Below the pieces are notes generated by a model. It had not been told where the DNA came from and did no database searches. It saw only the letters and a list, made by a program, of their open reading frames with translations. DNA of 17,742 nucleotides, taken from assembly GCA_048881705.1 (NCBI GenBank), contig JBHLSH010000078.1, forward strand, positions 1 to 17,742, in the 5' to 3' direction. Position numbers and translations under genes: made by a program. This DNA comes from Candidatus Heimdallarchaeota archaeon (lineage in GTDB: Archaea; Asgardarchaeota; Heimdallarchaeia; Hodarchaeales; Hodarchaeaceae). Shown piece after piece: positions 15,997 through 17,742 of the stretch; the stretch's first letter is position 1, and each line of letters opens with the position of its first letter.

Positions 15997-17556
15997 ATGA
16001 TTCCGAAAAGCTTTGATCAAGTCCATTACAACGCCCACATCATAACAATGGATTCTGAAAATGAATCTGCCGAAATGATTGGGATCACCCAGAACAAGTT
16101 TACCTACGTCGGTCCAAATAAAACGAACTACATAGACCGAGCGGAAAAAGTCAGGGACCTTGGAGGAAAAACCATAATCCCTGGTATGATCGATCTCCAT
16201 ACACATCTGTGGAAAGAAGCGGAGGTGATCTCTGTTGACCTCGGTCAGGAACAAACGTACAGTGGAACAATTGATCGCCTTGCACAAGAGGTAAGAGCCG
16301 CACAACCAGGCGAATGGATCTTTGCCTCCAAATGGGACGAGTCCAGATGGCCGGATCGCAAAGAATTTCTTTCACGCCAAGATCTGGACGAGATCAGCCC
16401 GAATAATCCGGTTTATACGTATCGTGAGGACGGACATCTGGTAGTGTGTAATTCATTGGCCCTAAAACAATTATCCATCCCTCCTGATCATGCGGGCGTG
16501 GAGAGAGATATCTCTGGCAATCCCACTGGAGTTTTAAAGGATGTTTGGCTGGATCTGATTCCGTACTATAAGGATAAACTACCTCACAGCATTGAAAAAT
16601 CAGTACACATTGCGGCTTCTAAAGGAATTACGGCTGTTGTAGATAATCTGACTATTCGTCCCTCGGGCCAACAATATATCATCCAGACGTACCTTCAATT
16701 GGATCTTTTAGGCAAAATCCCGATTCGTATTTTTCTAAATCCTACTAGAGAGCTCATCAGGGAATTCACAAGGCTCGGGATTCCACAAAACTGGGGTTCA
16801 CATATGGTACGATTTTCTGGCTTCAAGGGTTTTTTTGACGGCGCCCTTGGAGCACAAACCGCCTTGCTTAAATCTCCATATATCGGCATTGATCATCTCG
16901 GAGATAAATTTCTGGAGGAAGAAGAACTTATCGAGCAAATCGTCCATGCAGAAAAGCACGAATTTACCTTATGTGTACACGCCATAGGTGACCAAGCCAT
17001 CGAGCTACTTCTCGAATGTTATGAGAAAGGAATCACCGCTGCAGGATATAACCACTCTAATAGACGTCATCGAATAGAGCATGCTGAAATGGTATCAGAC
17101 GAACATATTCGGCGTGCCAAAACTCTAGGAATTCTTCTTTCCATGCAACCAAATTTCCTAAAATGGGAGTATCCAGGAGAATTATATGAACAGCGGCTAG
17201 GAAAAGAACGATATATGACTTTAAATCGTTTTGCTGCAATTCTCAGACACGGACATATGTTGAATTTTGGTTCCGACAATATGCCACTTTCTCCTTTTTA
17301 TGGAATCCGTCAAGCAACTAGCTTTCCGTCACCGGAAGTTAAAATTTCCGTATTAGAAGCCTTAAATGCCTATACCATTGCTAATGCTAAGGCTTTGTTT
17401 ATGGAAGATCAACTGGGAAGTATTACTGTGGGAAAACGTGCGGATTTTGTCACTTTGTCCCAAGATCCCACCAATATTGATTCGAAGAGATTAACCGATG
17501 ATTTAGTTGTAACCACGGTCGTTGGAGGAAAAGAAATTTATCAAGGAGACTCCTGA
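15997..17556 (+). CDS. metal-dependent amidohydrolase, YtcJ-like (amidohydrolase_3)
   Basis: IPGMIDLHTH (HxH), KGFFDGALG, VHAIGD, RIEHAE, FGSD, and the C-terminal GSITVGKRADFV beta-sandwich signature. Confidence 0.92.
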   Translation: MIPKSFDQVHYNAHIITMDSENESAEMIGITQNKFTYVGPNKTNYIDRAEKVRDLGGKTIIPGMIDLHTHLWKEAEVISVDLGQEQTYSGTIDRLAQEVRAAQPGEWIFASKWDESRWPDRKEFLSRQDLDEISPNNPVYTYREDGHLVVCNSLALKQLSIPPDHAGVERDISGNPTGVLKDVWLDLIPYYKDKLPHSIEKSVHIAASKGITAVVDNLTIRPSGQQYIIQTYLQLDLLGKIPIRIFLNPTRELIREFTRLGIPQNWGSHMVRFSGFKGFFDGALGAQTALLKSPYIGIDHLGDKFLEEEELIEQIVHAEKHEFTLCVHAIGDQAIELLLECYEKGITAAGYNHSNRRHRIEHAEMVSDEHIRRAKTLGILLSMQPNFLKWEYPGELYEQRLGKERYMTLNRFAAILRHGHMLNFGSDNMPLSPFYGIRQATSFPSPEVKISVLEALNAYTIANAKALFMEDQLGSITVGKRADFVTLSQDPTNIDSKRLTDDLVVTTVVGGKEIYQGDS

Positions 17557-17566
17557 GTATTTTCCA

Positions 17567-17740
17567 TCATAATTGTCCCTGAACCTCATCCTTGAGCCGA
17601 TGGAAGAATCTTTTCATAAATGCATGACGAGAAGTAGCTATCTTTCGGCCTTCATCCGTGAAAAGGAGCCCTTTAATCTGACGAAGCTTAACTTCATACT
17701 CTATATTGGCGGTATGAACTAATGGATTCGCTTTTCGTGA
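17567..17740 (-). CDS. 3' end of an HD-domain phosphohydrolase (YpgQ/YedJ-like), truncated by the window edge and absent from the ORF track
   Basis: Manual translation gives SRKANPLVHTANIEYEVKLRQIKGLLFTDEGRKIATSRHAFMKRFFHRLKDEVQGQL*, matching the C-terminal KL...T..G(R/K).IA..RH.FM..F pattern of that family. The stop is at 17567-17569. Confidence 0.7.
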   Translation of the reverse strand, partial: SRKANPLVHTANIEYEVKLRQIKGLLFTDEGRKIATSRHAFMKRFFHRLKDEVQGQL

Positions 17741-17742
17741 TA

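Noticed and set aside
15696-17279. Minus-strand ORFs 15696..15908, 15940..16305, 16151..16375, 16695..16889, 17057..17239 and 17067..17279
   Set aside because: Mostly antisense to the amidohydrolase. The 70-aa ORF in the 15716-15996 gap overlaps the hydrolase stop and has no motif.
1-17742. CRISPR arrays, tRNA/rRNA genes, IS elements and integrases
   Set aside because: No regularly spaced repeats, cloverleaf or rRNA-like tracts, transposase motifs or terminal inverted repeats were seen by eye.

Overview
A gene-dense, AT-rich prokaryotic window that looks archaeal: it has an archaeal-type DRG GTPase, TATA-like boxes and GGTG/GGAGTGA-type ribosome-binding sites. An Asgard or related lineage is plausible but is only an inference. 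In order, the window holds a 5'-truncated FtsX/MacB-type ABC permease, a hypothetical protein coupled to a HAD phosphatase, and about 500 bp of unexplained sequence. These are followed by a DRG/TGS GTPase, a SERCA-like P2A Ca2+-ATPase and an HtpX/M48 membrane metalloprotease. A minus-strand cluster then encodes a helical hypothetical protein, a long coiled-coil protein with a C-terminal winged helix, a MoxR-type AAA+ ATPase and a VWA protein. The window ends with a beta-lactamase-fold serine hydrolase, a YtcJ-like amidohydrolase and the 3' end of an HD-domain gene missing from the ORF track. Two observations stand out. (1) The VWA reading frame stays open back into the end of the AAA+ gene in the -1 frame, across two in-frame slippery heptamers (T TTT TTC and A AAA AAA within an A10 run). 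This suggests a frameshift-produced, or assembly-split, AAA+-VWA fusion of 629 aa. (2) The M48 protease next to the Ca2+ pump carries an insertion of about 160 aa containing a near-canonical EF-hand loop, hinting at a Ca2+-regulated membrane protease module. I saw no rRNA, tRNA, CRISPR array or recognisable mobile element.
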